From the NCBI RefSeq assembly GCF_009914755.1, contig NC_060940.1: a stretch of 64,000 nt of DNA; one strand, given 5' to 3'. Of the stretch, positions 27,579 through 41,000 are shown piece after piece. How positions within the stretch are numbered: the stretch's first letter is position 1; each line of letters opens with the position of its first letter. The translations under genes were made by a program, and so were the position numbers. Source of the DNA: the human T2T-CHM13v2.0 reference genome, Homo sapiens. Below the pieces are notes generated by a model that worked only from the letters and a program-made list of their open reading frames with translations, was not told where the DNA came from and ran no database searches.

Positions 27579-28694
27579 CAGCAGGTCCTCAGATAATGTA
27601 GTTTCATTATAACATTGATAAGAAAAAGAAATCAATTCCAGGCCGGGGCCCCTATCTTTGTGGAGTCTTCCACATTCTTTCCATTTCTGCATGGGTTTTC
27701 TCTGGGCACTCTGTTTCCTACCACATTCATAAGCTGTGCACATGGGATTCACTGGCGTGTCTAAATGGCCCCAGTCGAAATGAGTGTGTGTGGGGGTGAG
27801 TGTGCCCTGCGATGGGATGGTGTCCTGTCCACAGTGGGTGCCTGCCTTGTGCCCTGAGCTGCTGGGATGAGCTCTGGCCACCTGCGACTCTGAACTGGAA
27901 TAAGTGAGTTGGGAAATGAATAAATGAATGAATGAATGAATGCAAATTATTGTAAAATAAAAATTGTGTAAGGTCAATGATAATCCCACAAATGCATGAC
28001 ACTAAATGATGTGGCATGAATGTGTTCCGTGAGCCTGCCATATTTGTGATTATTTGTGAACTTTGTGGTGGCTGGAGGTGCTCCTGAGGCATTTGCTTTG
28101 CAAACGTTTATTCCCTGGTTTAACCCACTATGACTATGACCACTGGGACTCACTGATTCACCACAAATTGGGTAAATAGAATGAATAGGATCTAGTATTT
28201 GGTAGTACAAAAGGGCAACTATAGTTAATAATTATTTATGGTATATTTAAAAATAACTAAAAGAGTGGGCTTGGGATATTCCTAACACCAAGAAATGGTA
28301 AATATCTGAGGTAATGGATACTCCAGTTACTCAGATCTGATCAGTAGGCATTGCATGCCTGCATCAAAACATCATGTGTCCCATAAATATGTACAACTCA
28401 TATGCAGCCGTAATCCAAAAATTAAAAATTGGGTAAATAATGATCGTATTTGTTTTTGTTAATCATTCTTAAATGGATGTATAGATCACATTTATTTCAA
28501 TGTTTAATATCAGAAGTGTTTTGGGTCCTTATTTAGGAGACTGGTGATGTTTCTGTGACCAGAAATATGCTGTAGGAACATCACTCTTGTTTATCTCAAT
28601 TAGCCTATGGTAAAAATGGTTTCATTATATGTCATTTCGCCTAAAAGTTGCAGTTTCCAAGAACCTATGGATAGTGTTAAGTGGGGAATTACTG
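27579..28694 (+). mobile_element. MER6 (TcMar-Tigger) DNA transposon
   Basis: TA-flanked 'cagcaggtcctc...ggaattactg' with MER6-type interior. Confidence 0.85.
28179..28425 (+). mobile_element. L1MA/L1PB 3' end inserted into MER6
   Basis: 14-bp TSD aaattgggtaaata (28165-28178 and 28426-28439); L1MA-type 3'UTR. Confidence 0.85.
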
Positions 28695-29055
28695 TAAGCT
28701 ATGGGATATGTGAGAAAAACAAAAGCTGAGCAAGGGCAAAGGTATTAGGAGTGCCCGAGTGGTTGGACAGCCATCCAGGGAAGGGGAGACCTGAGTTGGT
28801 GAGGGGTTAGCCATGGGGTCTCTGGGTGAAGAGCTGTCAGCCAGAGCTCCCGAAGGCAGACACATGCTGGTGTGTTCTAGAAGCAGTAAGAAGGCCAATG
28901 TGCTGGTGCAGATTGAACTGGGAGAGTGGCAACAGGCCAGGTCAGAGAGGCAGAAAGGGGCCTGATATCACGTGGGCCCCTGAGGGCTGTGGCAGGCACT
29001 TTCAGTCTTACTCTGAATCAAATGAGGTGCCTGCAGGGTCTGAATGGAGGACTGA

Positions 29056-29445
<390 letters not shown>

Positions 29446-30024
29446 TAGGAAGTGATGGAAGAACCAGGAGGTAAATCCTGCAGGAGGTGATGGTGGCTGG
29501 GAGGTGAGAAAAGTTGGGTCCTGAATCAATTTTGAAGGAAGAGTCCACAGAATTTCCTGGCAGGTTGCATGTAGAACGTGAAAGCCCGAGTCAGGTGATT
29601 CCAAGGTTTCTGTCCGAGTAACTGCAAGAACAGAGTTGCCATCTGCTGATGGGGATGGCTGTGGCTAGAACAAGTTTGCAAGAGAGACCAAGGGTTAGAT
29701 TAGGAGTTCGGGTGCCTGCTAAATATTTAAGTGGAGATGTCAAACAGGTCTTTGGAATGAGTCAAGGTGGAGACAGAAGCCTGGGTGGGAGCTATATTAG
29801 TTCACAGAATCAAAGGTAATTAGGAGGAAATAAATAACCCTACTGATTTTGGAAAGGACAGGAACCACAGCAATTTCTCAGTAGGAAGAACATCAGGGAT
29901 TTTCCCCAAAGGAAAATCAGAATGTTCTGAGCAAAATAAGGGGAAAATGAGACAGGGCACAAGAAATAACCAGAGGCGTCCACTGCAGGGTCCTGTCCCG
30001 GGCGCTTCTGACACTTCTTTCCAG

Positions 30025-30050
30025 GTCTTCCTGCTGTTGCCAAAATGAGG
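30025..30050 (+). other. Candidate 26-nt micro-exon
   Basis: Acceptor 'ttctgacacttctttccag|' with a branch-point-like ctgac, and donor 'agg|gtaagt'. Motif evidence only. Confidence 0.3.
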
Positions 30051-30693
30051 GTAAGTGATGTTCCTGACAGCCTGCGTTCCCATCTGCCTAGAAAAATCTC
30101 TATGGCTAGGTGAAGAGTGATGGCACGTTTAGCCTATCTTATTAAACACTGCTTATCTACTAAAGGCAGTCAGCAGCATGTTTAATCAAAGTCAGGGCAG
30201 ATGTGGTTTGCAGCATCCAAAAGTCATTTTTCATCCTGTTCTCTCTCCCTTAGAGAAGAACAACCTCCTGCCCTTGCCCTGAATCCTGAGGAAGGTGATG
30301 CACTCACAACAAGGGCATCCCAGTCCTGGGGAAGGGCAGGAAGGACCCACCCTCATCAGTCCCTGACAACTCCCACCCTTGTCCTTGGTCACCTTGGAAA
30401 TGAAAAGGTAGGTGGGGAAACTAGAATAGAAGTCCAAGAAAGTCTGTAGTGATCTCATTTCTACACAGATGGGGAGTGGGGTCATTTAAGCCAAAGAAGA
30501 ATCAAATCACTGCTTTTCCCATCTTGGCACTTCCCACTAGAGATCATCCAGTGTTGAATGGACAGGTTTCATTTTTCTTGGGTTTTCAAGAGATGATAGC
30601 TTTTTACTCTGGAAAAAAAGTTGTCCATGAGTCTGTGATCCTGTGTCTTCCATTCCTTCCCAGAAATGTCTGAGGAAATAAACTGTATCCTGC

Positions 30694-31060
30694 TGTTATG
30701 GGCTGTCCCCCCAAATTCATCTGTTGAAGTCCTAACCCCAGGTATCTCAGAATGTGACTGTATTTAAAGATAGGGTCTTTAAAGAGGTAGTTAAGTTAAA
30801 ATAAAGTCATTAGAGTGGCTCCTAATCCAACACGACTGGTTCCTCACAAGAGAAGGAAATTTGGACACAGACATGTATGAGACAGGACTATGTGAAGACC
30901 CAGGGAGAAGGTGGCTATCTACAGAGCCAAGGACAGAGGTGTCAGAAGCCAACACTGTCCACACCTTGATCTCAGGCTTCCAGCCTCCAGAACTGTGAAA
31001 AAATAAATTTCTGTTGTTAAGCCACTCAGTCTATGGTAGTTTATTATGGCAGCCCCTGAC
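30694..31060 (+). mobile_element. MLT1A/B MaLR LTR
   Basis: 'tgttatgggctg...gttgaagtcctaacccc...aataaatttctgttgttaagccactcagtctatggt'. Confidence 0.88.
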
Positions 31061-31266
31061 TTGAGTGAAAGATTCTTTTAACCAAACTCTAAAGTTTAAC
31101 TATTTTATTTTGCCTTTCCTTATCAGAGGTGAAAAGGAAGGGCAAAGATTTCAAATGGAGTCGTGAAATGAAGGGCACCCTTCATATCCGATTGTATTGG
31201 AAAGGAGAGGAAGGAAGGGCTTCCTTCCTCGAATTATTAGCAAACACTTGTGACTTAATGTTTAGA

Positions 31267-32234
31267 TGTGGGGAAAAGCAAGAGAGATCAGATTGTTACT
31301 GTGTCTGTGTAGAAAGAAGTAGACATAGGAGACTCCATTTTGTTATGTACTAAGAAAAATTCTTCTGCCTTGAGATTCTGTTAATCTATAACCTTACCCC
31401 CAACCCCGTGCTCTCTGAAACGTGTGCTGTGTCAACTCAGAGTTGAATGGATTAAGGGCGGTGCAAGATGTGCTTTGTTAAACAGATGCTTGAAGGCAGC
31501 ATGCTCCTTAAGAGTCATCACCACTCCCTAATCTCAAGTACCCAGGGACACAAAAACTGCGGAAGGCCGCAGGGACCTCTGCCTAGGAAAGCCAGGTATT
31601 GTCCAAGGTTTCTCCCCATGTGATAGTCTGAAATATGGCCTCGTGGGAAGGGAAAGACCTGACCGTCCCCCAGCCCAACACCCGTAAAGGGTCTGTGCTG
31701 AGGAGGATTAGTAAAAGAGGAAGGAATGCCTCTTGCAGTTGAGACAAGAGGAAGGCATCTGTCTCCTGCCTGTCCCTGGGCAATGGAATGTCTCGGTATA
31801 AAACCCGATTGTATGCTCCATCTACTGAGATAGGGAAAAACCGCCTTAGGGCTGGAGGTGGGACCTGTGGGCAGCAATACTGCTTTGTAAAGCATTGAGA
31901 TGTTTATGTGTATGCATATCTAAAAGCACAGCACTTAATCCTTTACATTGTCTGTGATGCAAAGACCTTTGTTCACGTGTTTGTCTGCTGACCCTCTCCC
32001 CACAATTGTCTTGTGACCCTGACACATCCCCCTCTTTGAGAAACACCCACGGATGATCAATAAATACTAAGGGAACTCAGAGGCTGGCGGGATCCTCCAT
32101 ATGCTGAACGCTGGTTCCCCGGGTCCCCTTATTTCTTTCTCTATACTTTGTCTCTGTGTCTTTTTCTTTTCCAAATCTCTCGTCCCACCTTACGAGAAAC
32201 ACCCACAGGTGTGTAGGGGCAACCCACCCCTACA
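31267..32234 (+). mobile_element. HERV-K(HML-2) solo LTR, LTR5_Hs-like, 968 bp
   Basis: 'tgtggggaaaagcaagagagatcagattg...ggggcaacccacccctaca'; perfect 6-bp TSD tttaga (31261-31266 and 32235-32240); TATA ~31797; AATAAA 32059-32064. Confidence 0.96.
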
Positions 32235-34612
32235 TTTAGAAAGTGTTTTCAAGATAATTTTATCTTAATAGGCTAACTGCAGAAAATATTTATAGATATT
32301 CCCTGAGTGGGCAAGCCTGTGGGACATCTTTGGCAGTATTTAGACACCTCTGCAGCTTCACAGCAATGCTTCATTTTCTTCTGACAGTTGCCTCATCCAC
32401 TTTTCTTTAGGAAATGTTTGCCAAGGGAAAAAAATTATTCCTCCTGAAACTAAATGATTTAGTGTCCGGGAAGCCAGCCAATTAAATGTGGCTCCAAGAA
32501 TATATTTAACCTTGAAAATGTTTTCATTTCAAACAGAAATGCAGCCCTAGGGCAAGAGGGTAACTTAATGCCCCTGGGAATGCTGTGCTGGTCTATATAC
32601 CTTGCTCATTCATTCATTCAATGAATATTTATTGAGTTCTTACCATGTATTATACCAGGCACTGTGTCAGGTGAGCAGTATTCAATGCCAGCTGACATGA
32701 AGTCTACTGGGAAAAGATAGACCACTGAACAGACAATTAGAATCTGCTGTGATAGGTGCTGTGCTAGAGACAGACACAGGGGCTGGGAGATTAGGGTCCT
32801 TGGAGGAAGTGGCATCTCAGCTGACTGTGAAGACTCGCAGAAGTTAGCAAGTTAATGGGGAACGGGAGATCATGGCAAACAAGGATGTGCAAACAAGGAG
32901 CACAGCTCAGGGGACTCAATATGGAGCAGTAGGGCCAAGCATGGCATTGCTTGGTAAGTCCAGTCCCATTCAGGAAGCCTATTGGTGAGTATTTCAAGTC
33001 CAAGGCCAAGTCTGAATTTCCAGTAAGCAGCCTCATGTACCTAAGGGAATAGCTGAGGCACTTATTTCCCTTTCTTCTAATTTTGTGAAGTCTTCCTTCC
33101 CTCTAGTCATTTTCTGTTTAGACCCGAGGTTCTTTGTTGTTTTCACTGTGCTGCTTTAGGTACAAACAGCTGCAAGTCACCATACACGCAGGATCAGTAA
33201 TTGAGTCTATCTCAGAAAGATATACTTTCTCAAGATGGATGTGAGTTTCACTTCATTGTCTTCTGTTCATCCTTCACTTTGCAAGATTCATAAAAAAGGA
33301 TGTTCCTTGCCAAGGAACTGCCTATTGTTAAGAATTCTCATCCTTTTCCTTCTTCCTTTCTCTGCCCGAGGCAGCTTCCTCTGAAAGTGTGAGCACAAAG
33401 GAAAATGGGCATTTTTCTGCCTGACTCAGAGGCTGTGGGTTTTATTCCTAACATTCAAAAGAACCGTGCACTGCTGGGCTCCCGAGAGTCAGCCATGGCT
33501 TTCCAAAAGCATCCAAGGGTAGAGGTACTGTGTGTTAATATTAATAGGCTATTGTTGGCTCTCTAGAGGAATTTTCAAAGGGCTCATTTTCCTGCCTCCT
33601 TTCTTCTCCCTAGACCGCATTGCTTTTTTTAAGTTTGGATTGCTTAAAGCAAATATAGAAAAAGCAAATTTGTTTCTGGGAGGATAGTTTGCCTTTCTCG
33701 AATCTTTCAAGTCCTCCTGCATAGGTGTTGCCACCAAGGCAAGCTTCAGCATTTCTTTTCTCTTCTCATTCTCTGTAGGAAGAGTCTGAGTGTGCAAGGG
33801 CTGGTAGAGCCAAGAAGTCAGTCTGTGCTTTTAAAGAGGAAGACAGGGCATTTTCCCTCAATGTCCTTTTGCAAAGTGGAAGGAGAGTGCCACTCCCACT
33901 CTTGAAGTGTAGATTTGATGTGGAAGACCTTTCAGAAATATGCAAGTATCTGCTGTTGGGGCCCTAATATTTGTGAGAATGCTGTGTGTGAATTGTTTAT
34001 ATTTTGATTCTTCTAAATTACTTAAGGCTAGAATATAGCTAATATGATGTGGTAAAACAAATCACAAAGGTACAAAGATTTCTTTGAAAAAATTTAGAGT
34101 GTTAAGAGATTTCTGTAGGGCAAGGCTCTTAGAGGACATCTAAATTGTACAAGATTGTCTCCACTTCCTGGAAGATAAGCATAGACATTCAACAAGTATT
34201 TATTGAACACCTATTTTGTGTAATAGTTTGCAGGTGATTTGATTGCCTACCTAGAAAATCCAAGAGAATAAACCAAATAACTATTAATTCTGATGAGTTT
34301 AATAATGTAGTAAAATACGAAAGTCACAAGTACAAATTGTTAGTTATCCTATATATCATTAATAACCAATTAGAAGACATAAAGGGGAAAGGCTCCATTC
34401 ACAATAGCAAGAACAAACTTAATAAGATGCAAAAGACCTATGTAAAAGCAATACTAAAATTTGCTGATGGACATAAAAGATCTAAACAAGTAGAGATATA
34501 TACTATATTCTTAGGTAATCTCATTAATTCTTTCCAATTAAACTATAAATTCTCAATTTTAAAATCTCAATTAAAACCACAGTAGGAAACTTAAACTATT
34601 CTGTCTATTGTA

Positions 34613-34956
34613 GAAGTTGAGCATCCCTAATCAAAAAATCTGAAATCCAAAATGCCCCAAAATCTAAAAATTTTTTAGCACTGACATGATAACAGAAGTG
34701 GAAAATCCCACACCTGACCTCATGTGATGAGTCACAGTCAAAACTTTGTTTCATGCACAAAATTATTAAAAATATTATATAAAATTACCTTCAGGCTATG
34801 TGTGTAAGGTGTATGGAACATAAATGAATTTTATGTTGAGACTTGGGTCCCATGCCCAAGATATCCCATTATGTATATGCAAATATTCCAAAATCTGAAA
34901 AAAAAAATTCGCAACACTCTGGTCCCAAGCATTTTGGATAAGGGATACTCAACCTG
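34613..34956. mobile_element. MER46/Tigger4-like non-autonomous DNA transposon
   Basis: Terminal inverted repeats 'agttgagcatccctaatc' and 'gataagggatactcaacctg'. Confidence 0.85.
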
Positions 34957-35390
34957 TATATGTGGAAGACATAAATGTCCAAATGGAGCCAAAAAACAAT
35001 TTGAAGTGGCTTGCCATATAAGATAGCTAAATTGATGTTACAAGCCATTTTAAATAAATGCCATAGAGGCACCACAAATCAAAACCAATGGGAGGTGGCC
35101 AAAGTGGTACTCAGAGGAAAATATATAGCTTTAAGTGCATACAATGGAAAGCAGAGACATATTGAAAATTAATGAGCTCATCTTCAACACAGAAAACTAG
35201 AAAAGGTAACAAAACAAACCAAAGAAAGTAAAAAGGCTAAATAAAGTTAATAAAAATATATGTTAATAAAGTAGAAAATAAACTCATTAAATTTGATTGA
35301 TAAAATCAAATTGACTAGAGTTTACGAAAATACTTGAGAAGACCAATAATCATGCAAGCAATTGAAGAGGCAATCAAAGATATAACCCTA

Positions 35391-35499
35391 GAAATTATTC
35401 ATTCCTTAATGGTTTTATAGAACTCACTTATTAAATTAACCCTAGATCCAGTAATTTAATAAGTGAGTTCTATAAAGCCATTAAGGAATGGATAATTTC
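35391..35499. repeat. 48-bp inverted repeat with 13-nt spacer (hairpin)
   Basis: Arms 35391-35438 and 35452-35499 are reverse complements at 46 of 48 positions. Confidence 0.95.
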
Positions 35500-36699
35500 C
35501 ATATTGTAAACATTATCTACCTACCTACTTACACATACACATACAATTTCTGGATTGTAGAAAACGATTAAAAGGCTCTAACCTATTGTATGAGTTTTTA
35601 ATAATATTACTAAAATATGTCATGTAATATTACATAATATTACAAAGAAAGAGATATGTCAATATCCCTCATGAACATAAATGCAGAAAGTCTGAGTTGG
35701 AGATGTTGACTGGGAGAAATCAACACGAGAATGGTAACAGAACCCATCCCTCTACAAAATTAAGGATTGAATTAAAGGAATGTTACATCATCACCAAGTA
35801 TGGTTTATGATGGCTCAGGATATCTCATTAACTCATTAAAAAATAAACACAATGTGATTATTTAAATCAATTCAGGAAAATAATGATTTACAAAATTAAC
35901 ACCTATTCCTTATTTTTAAAATGTCTTAGCTATGAATAGAAGGGAAATTCTCAGCTTGATAAATGTATACATTAGAAGTCACTAACATGCATCCTACTAT
36001 TGGTGATATCAGAGGATTTCCAATAAAATTAGGAACAAGGTCAAGATGTCCAGTAACACTGTGGCTATTCACAGTGGAAGGAGGGGTGGAAAGTCAGGAG
36101 CAGGTGTGGGAGGTAAGAAGGTAAACTAGACAGAACCTATTGGATGTAGAGCTAAGCGGGGAACTAAGTAACTCCAGGAGGAGGCCAAGCTTCCTGGCCT
36201 TGGCACTGGCAAGGGTGGGGGCAGAAGTTGTTACTGAGATCAGGAGCACAGTAAGAACATGTGTAAGGGGTCTAAGAAGGTCAATATTGGACATGCTGAC
36301 ATGTTGACTTTGAGAGCCCCATTGAGATGGCATCCTGGAGCTTGAGAGAAGTCTGAGTTGGAGCTGTAAAATCAGGAGGTCAGCACAAAGATGATAAAGA
36401 CAGCCATAGGAGGTGCTGAGATGGCCCAGAGAAGCAGAGGAACAAGGTACTGCACTCCACGCTCCAGCTAGAGTGAACAGTGAGTCTGTTCCAAGCCTAT
36501 TGGCTCCTCTCTCATCTCAGTGCATTTACTTCTTCCATTGGAACTCCCCACAATCCTCTGCCCCCCATCCCACTCTCTCGGCCAACTCTTACTCATCCTT
36601 CATGACTCGGCTTAGTTATCAACACCGCCTTCTCACATCAACCCCTGTAAGGCTAGATCCCACTCTCTGTGCTCTCAGAGGGTCAGCAGTCCGACACAA

Positions 36700-37127
36700 A
36701 AAGTCAGGGTTCTGCTATAATGCTAATATAACAGAAAACTGACAATCTCAGTGTCTCACAACAACAAATATTTTATTTTTTTGCCCATCATGGGGCACGA
36801 GCTGGGGCAGCTCTGCTGCAGGCTGCAGCTGATGAGGTCTGTTCCTCATGTCTCTCATTCTAGGATGTGCTTCCATTCTAGGACATGCTCTTATTTTTGC
36901 AGGTGGTGGAAGTGCAAGAGGCCAAGCCTAGCTGTAAGCACATAGAAAGCCTCTGCTTTGTCACATCTGCTCACATTCTGTTGATCAAAGCAAGGAACCT
37001 GGCCAAGCTCAAAGTCAGAGGGGCAGGAAAGCAGACTCCGTAGTACAGATTCACAAGGCAGAGGTCATGGGCATGCAATTTCATCATAGGAAGGAAGTGA
37101 AGAATTGGGGACAACAATCCAACCCAC
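36700..37127 (-). mobile_element. Old MLT1 (J/K-like) LTR
   Basis: 'aatctcagtgtctcacaacaacaaatattttatt...cacatctgctcacattctgttg..aaagcaag'. Confidence 0.65.
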
Positions 37128-37673
37128 TCCACTGCTGAGTACCACCTCTGAGTGTCAGGCTTTATGGCCTTGGCCTAGTTGCTTGTCTTCCCACTAGGTT
37201 CTCAGTGCCTTCAGGACAGGACCCTGGCCAACTTACTTATTACGGTATCTCCAGTTATGACCACAGTGCCTGCTCTAGTGAGTCATGGTGATCCATATAC
37301 ATCTACTGAATGAAAAATTGGATGTGAGGGGTCTCAGAGCCAAGATGGAAGAGTGTTTCAGAAAAAACAGGGAGTGATCAACACCCGAAGGACCTCAAGA
37401 CTGGAGAGTACTGTTCAGATTGAATAACTTTATGTTCATTGTTAACCCTGGAAAATACAGCTTCAGGGAAGTGCCAGGGCTGGGGAGTCAGAAGTCAGAC
37501 TGCAGTGGGATGGGCAGTGAATGAGTGGTGAGGAAGTACAGGTGGTGAGTGAAGACCACTTTTCCAACTCTTAGGGAATAGGTTATAAGTAATGTATGGT
37601 AAAGGAGGGATTTTAAAGATAAGAGAGGTTCAAACGAGTTTACAGGCTCAAGGGAACAGGCAAGTAAAGAGGG

Positions 37674-38078
37674 TACATTAGTCTGTTTTGTGTTGCTATG
37701 AAGGAATACCTGAGACTGGGTAATTTATAAAGAGGTTTATGTGCCTCACAGCTCTGTAGCCTGTACAAGCATAAAACCATCATCTGCTCAGCTTCTGGTG
37801 ATACTTCGGGAAGCTTTTACTCATGGCGGAAGGCTCCGGGGAGTAGGCGTGTCACATGGCGAGAGAGGGAGCAAGAGAGAGGCCAGGCTCTTTTAAACAA
37901 ACAACTTTCACACGAACTAATAGAGCAAGAACTCACTCATTACTACCAGGGTAGCACCAAATCATTCATAAGGGATCCACCCCTATGACCCCAACACCTC
38001 CTGCCAGGCCCCACCTCCAACATTGGAAGTCATATTTCAACATGAAATTTGGAGAGGACAAACATTCAAACTGTATCA
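37674..38078 (-). mobile_element. MSTB-like MaLR solo LTR
   Basis: 'attagtctgttttgtgttgctatgaaggaatacctgagactggg...aaactgtatca'; 5-bp TSD gaggg (37669-37673 and 38079-38083). Confidence 0.88.
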
Positions 38079-41000
38079 GAGGGAGACATTGAATATACCT
38101 GCGAGAGAGAGGATAACTGAGAGGGAGGTACGTTAGGTAGTGCAGCAGGGATGAAATGCAGCATAGGCAGGTGTGTGTGCGTGTGTGTGTTTGTGAACAT
38201 TTGTCATGTTTGGGCTGTTAAGCATCCACCCAGCCCTCCTCGTTAGAGGAAATCCCCACTGAGTGTGGTCTTGCGAGGAGGCAGTGCCTGGCTACTAGCT
38301 GTGGGAGCTGAGGGGCTGTGCTTTCCTCTTCTGTCCCCTGGTAGCAACATACCAGCTTGTGACTTGAGCTCAGTCAGTCAAACACTCTCAACAGACTTTG
38401 AACACACCAATGGATAGTCAGTCAGGGCTCTTTCACGGTAGTGGTGGGTGCGCCCCACAGAAAACTCCTATGCTCCCTCTTTTTGGTCTTCAGAGGTCAC
38501 TGTGTTGCCCTAGTTTCACACTTCCTCTTGGTTCTATGAGTCTTCAGTCCCCTTCCAGTGTGTTTTGTTTCTCTGTTTTGTTGTTGTTGTTGCTGCTATT
38601 TGGTGTTTTTGCTTATTGCTTGTTTTTTGTTATTCTATGGATGACAGAGTCTAGCTGATGGAGGATGGGGTCAACAAGCCAGGACAGGATGATGCCAGGC
38701 TCTCACTCCTGGCATCCCAGTCAATCTGTGCCATGTGGAGATGAACAGATTAACTGTACCCACAGAAAAGCTGCCATGTTTTCTGAATGTTGGTCATTGC
38801 TATAGCACCTTCCCAATGTTTTTCATGTCCACACAACAGCACCTTACATGGAGCTGCATTATGTGCTACTGCCTAATATTTTATTCCAGTTGACTAGATT
38901 TTTATTTAAAGACATTGATTTAAAAATCACCATTTCAAATGAAAACCCAGAATAATTTGCTTTAGTTAAAAAATATATACATATATAGAAAACAAAATAA
39001 TGTTAAGTTCTGGACGAATACTATTACATGATGAGGGTTCTCATCCAAAGCTCTTTGTTAAAAGGGGAGATTAGCAAATGTTGTGGTTGTTAAAGACATG
39101 TTACTCCCAAGCTGAGACTTCCTTCTTGATTTAATCGGACACACTGAAGCAGAAGCAGAAGCAGAAGGGAGTGACTTTCTCACTTTGTGATTTAATGTTA
39201 TTTAAGACTGAGTCAGCTCACCCTTAAATCATCTCAAATGTCAATGGGGTGCATTTCCTGCCATCTCTAGGCAGGGTGCAGCGATATGGGGCAGAGCATG
39301 GAAATTGCCAAAGGGAGGCACCAAAACATTTATGCTATTGGAGTTTCAGGGAAGGTTTTACGGAAGTGGGACTTGAATTCTGAAATACACACAGGAGAGC
39401 AGAGGCCATTTCAGTCATGGGAAACATAAAAATAAGGAGGTGAAAGTAAACAGCGGGGATATAGGATGGTATAGACCAGCTAGGCTAGAGGGCAGAGGTT
39501 GGACACAAGCTCAGAAAGGGTCCTATCCCTTCCCCCCGACCATGGGTCTTCCCCAACTTTACCCTTTGTGGGCAGTGCCTTTGCTTTGCCATCACCTGTT
39601 ATATCTTGTGTCTTTAGCCTGTCCTTGCCCCTGGGATGGGAGCCATGCATGGCCAGTTGTGAATTATTGTGCAGTAGCCATTGTTTCCTATTGACTTGCT
39701 ATGAGACGGGGTGGGTCTGGGTGTCCTGCTGGGTACTCCACTGGCTTCTATGCCAGTGCTTAGCCGACTCCACCAATTGGGTTGGCACAGCAGGTACCAA
39801 ACTCTTGTGAATCAGATGCCATGCTTTTTGCCATTGCCATGTTAGACATATACTACTCCTTAATAACTACTCAATAATGAAAGCAACTCATTGTTTAAAG
39901 GTGTAAATAAATCGACTTTAAAAAGACATTTCATATTACTATCATAAATGCAAATCCAGCATCAGTTGCTGTAAACATGAGACAATAATTTAAAATAAAT
40001 GCATAACTATCAAAATAATGCTTTTCAAGTACCATATAAAATACCTGCTGATATTTTACCTCACTGCAAGAAAATACTAGGCTAGAGAAATGAAGCAGGT
40101 CCATTTTTGGTAGAAAGGGGAAAATCTTAGAGCCTCAGAGCTGGATGGAGCCCCAGTAAATGTCTAGGTCATGGATTGCAAGCTGTTTTCCCCCACCAAT
40201 AATGGTCATCCTTCCTCTTTCTTTCTCTCTGTCTCTTTTTTTTTTTTCCCTGGGAACGATGCATAAAGTAGCAAAACGTAGGGCTGAACCCTTTAATGGG
40301 CTATCTGTTTCTCTGGAGAAACCCAAAGAAACCCATTCTGCAAACCTCAACCTTCATCCCTTCCTCCCTCTTGTGCCATGCTTGCCCCCATACACAGAGA
40401 AGTAGCATCAGTGCCCTCCACCACCCACATCAGCAGCTAGGGGGAGACAGAAGCAAGTCAATGGCCAAGGAGTGGAGGGTGGGCTGGGAGAGTTCACTTA
40501 GCTTTGTGACACCAGTGCACCCCCACATTGGATAGCACCCAAGGCCCTCATCAAACATTGAGTGCCATGCTTGTTGAAGCCTGCAAATAATACCCCACGA
40601 GCCGCCAACTTCCTTTCCGAGGCACATCTGCCTGGACCTCTGTTCTGTTTGGTGCCAAGGCACTAGGGAGGCTTTAAGGAGCAGGCCGTTGCCTTTCTCT
40701 ACATGTGCTTCAGGCCTGTCTTACCCTCCCCATGGTCTCCGTCATACTCCTTTCCTGAATATCATTTCTTTCCCTTTCTCCTGCACACAAAAGCTCAACA
40801 CGGAGTTCATTCTGTGAGCCTAACCTTTTGCTTCCCGCACTTGGGCTGGCTCAAACGCCACTTGCAAAAATGGTAATCTCAGCAGGGCTGAGCTCAGTTC
40901 CTGCTGCCCCTTTCCAAGTTTTTGTTTCGTTGCAGAGCTCTAAACCAGTGTCTCCCTCTGTGCTTGGGAGTAAGAGCAGCATCAGACCATTGCAAACCTA

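Larger units (their letters stand above)
34220..36070 (+). mobile_element. Old L1M/L1ME ORF2 fragments
   Basis: 'tttgcaggtgat..gattgcctacctagaaaatccaagagaa'; 'ggaaattctcagcttgataaa...aaattaggaacaagg'. Confidence 0.7.
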
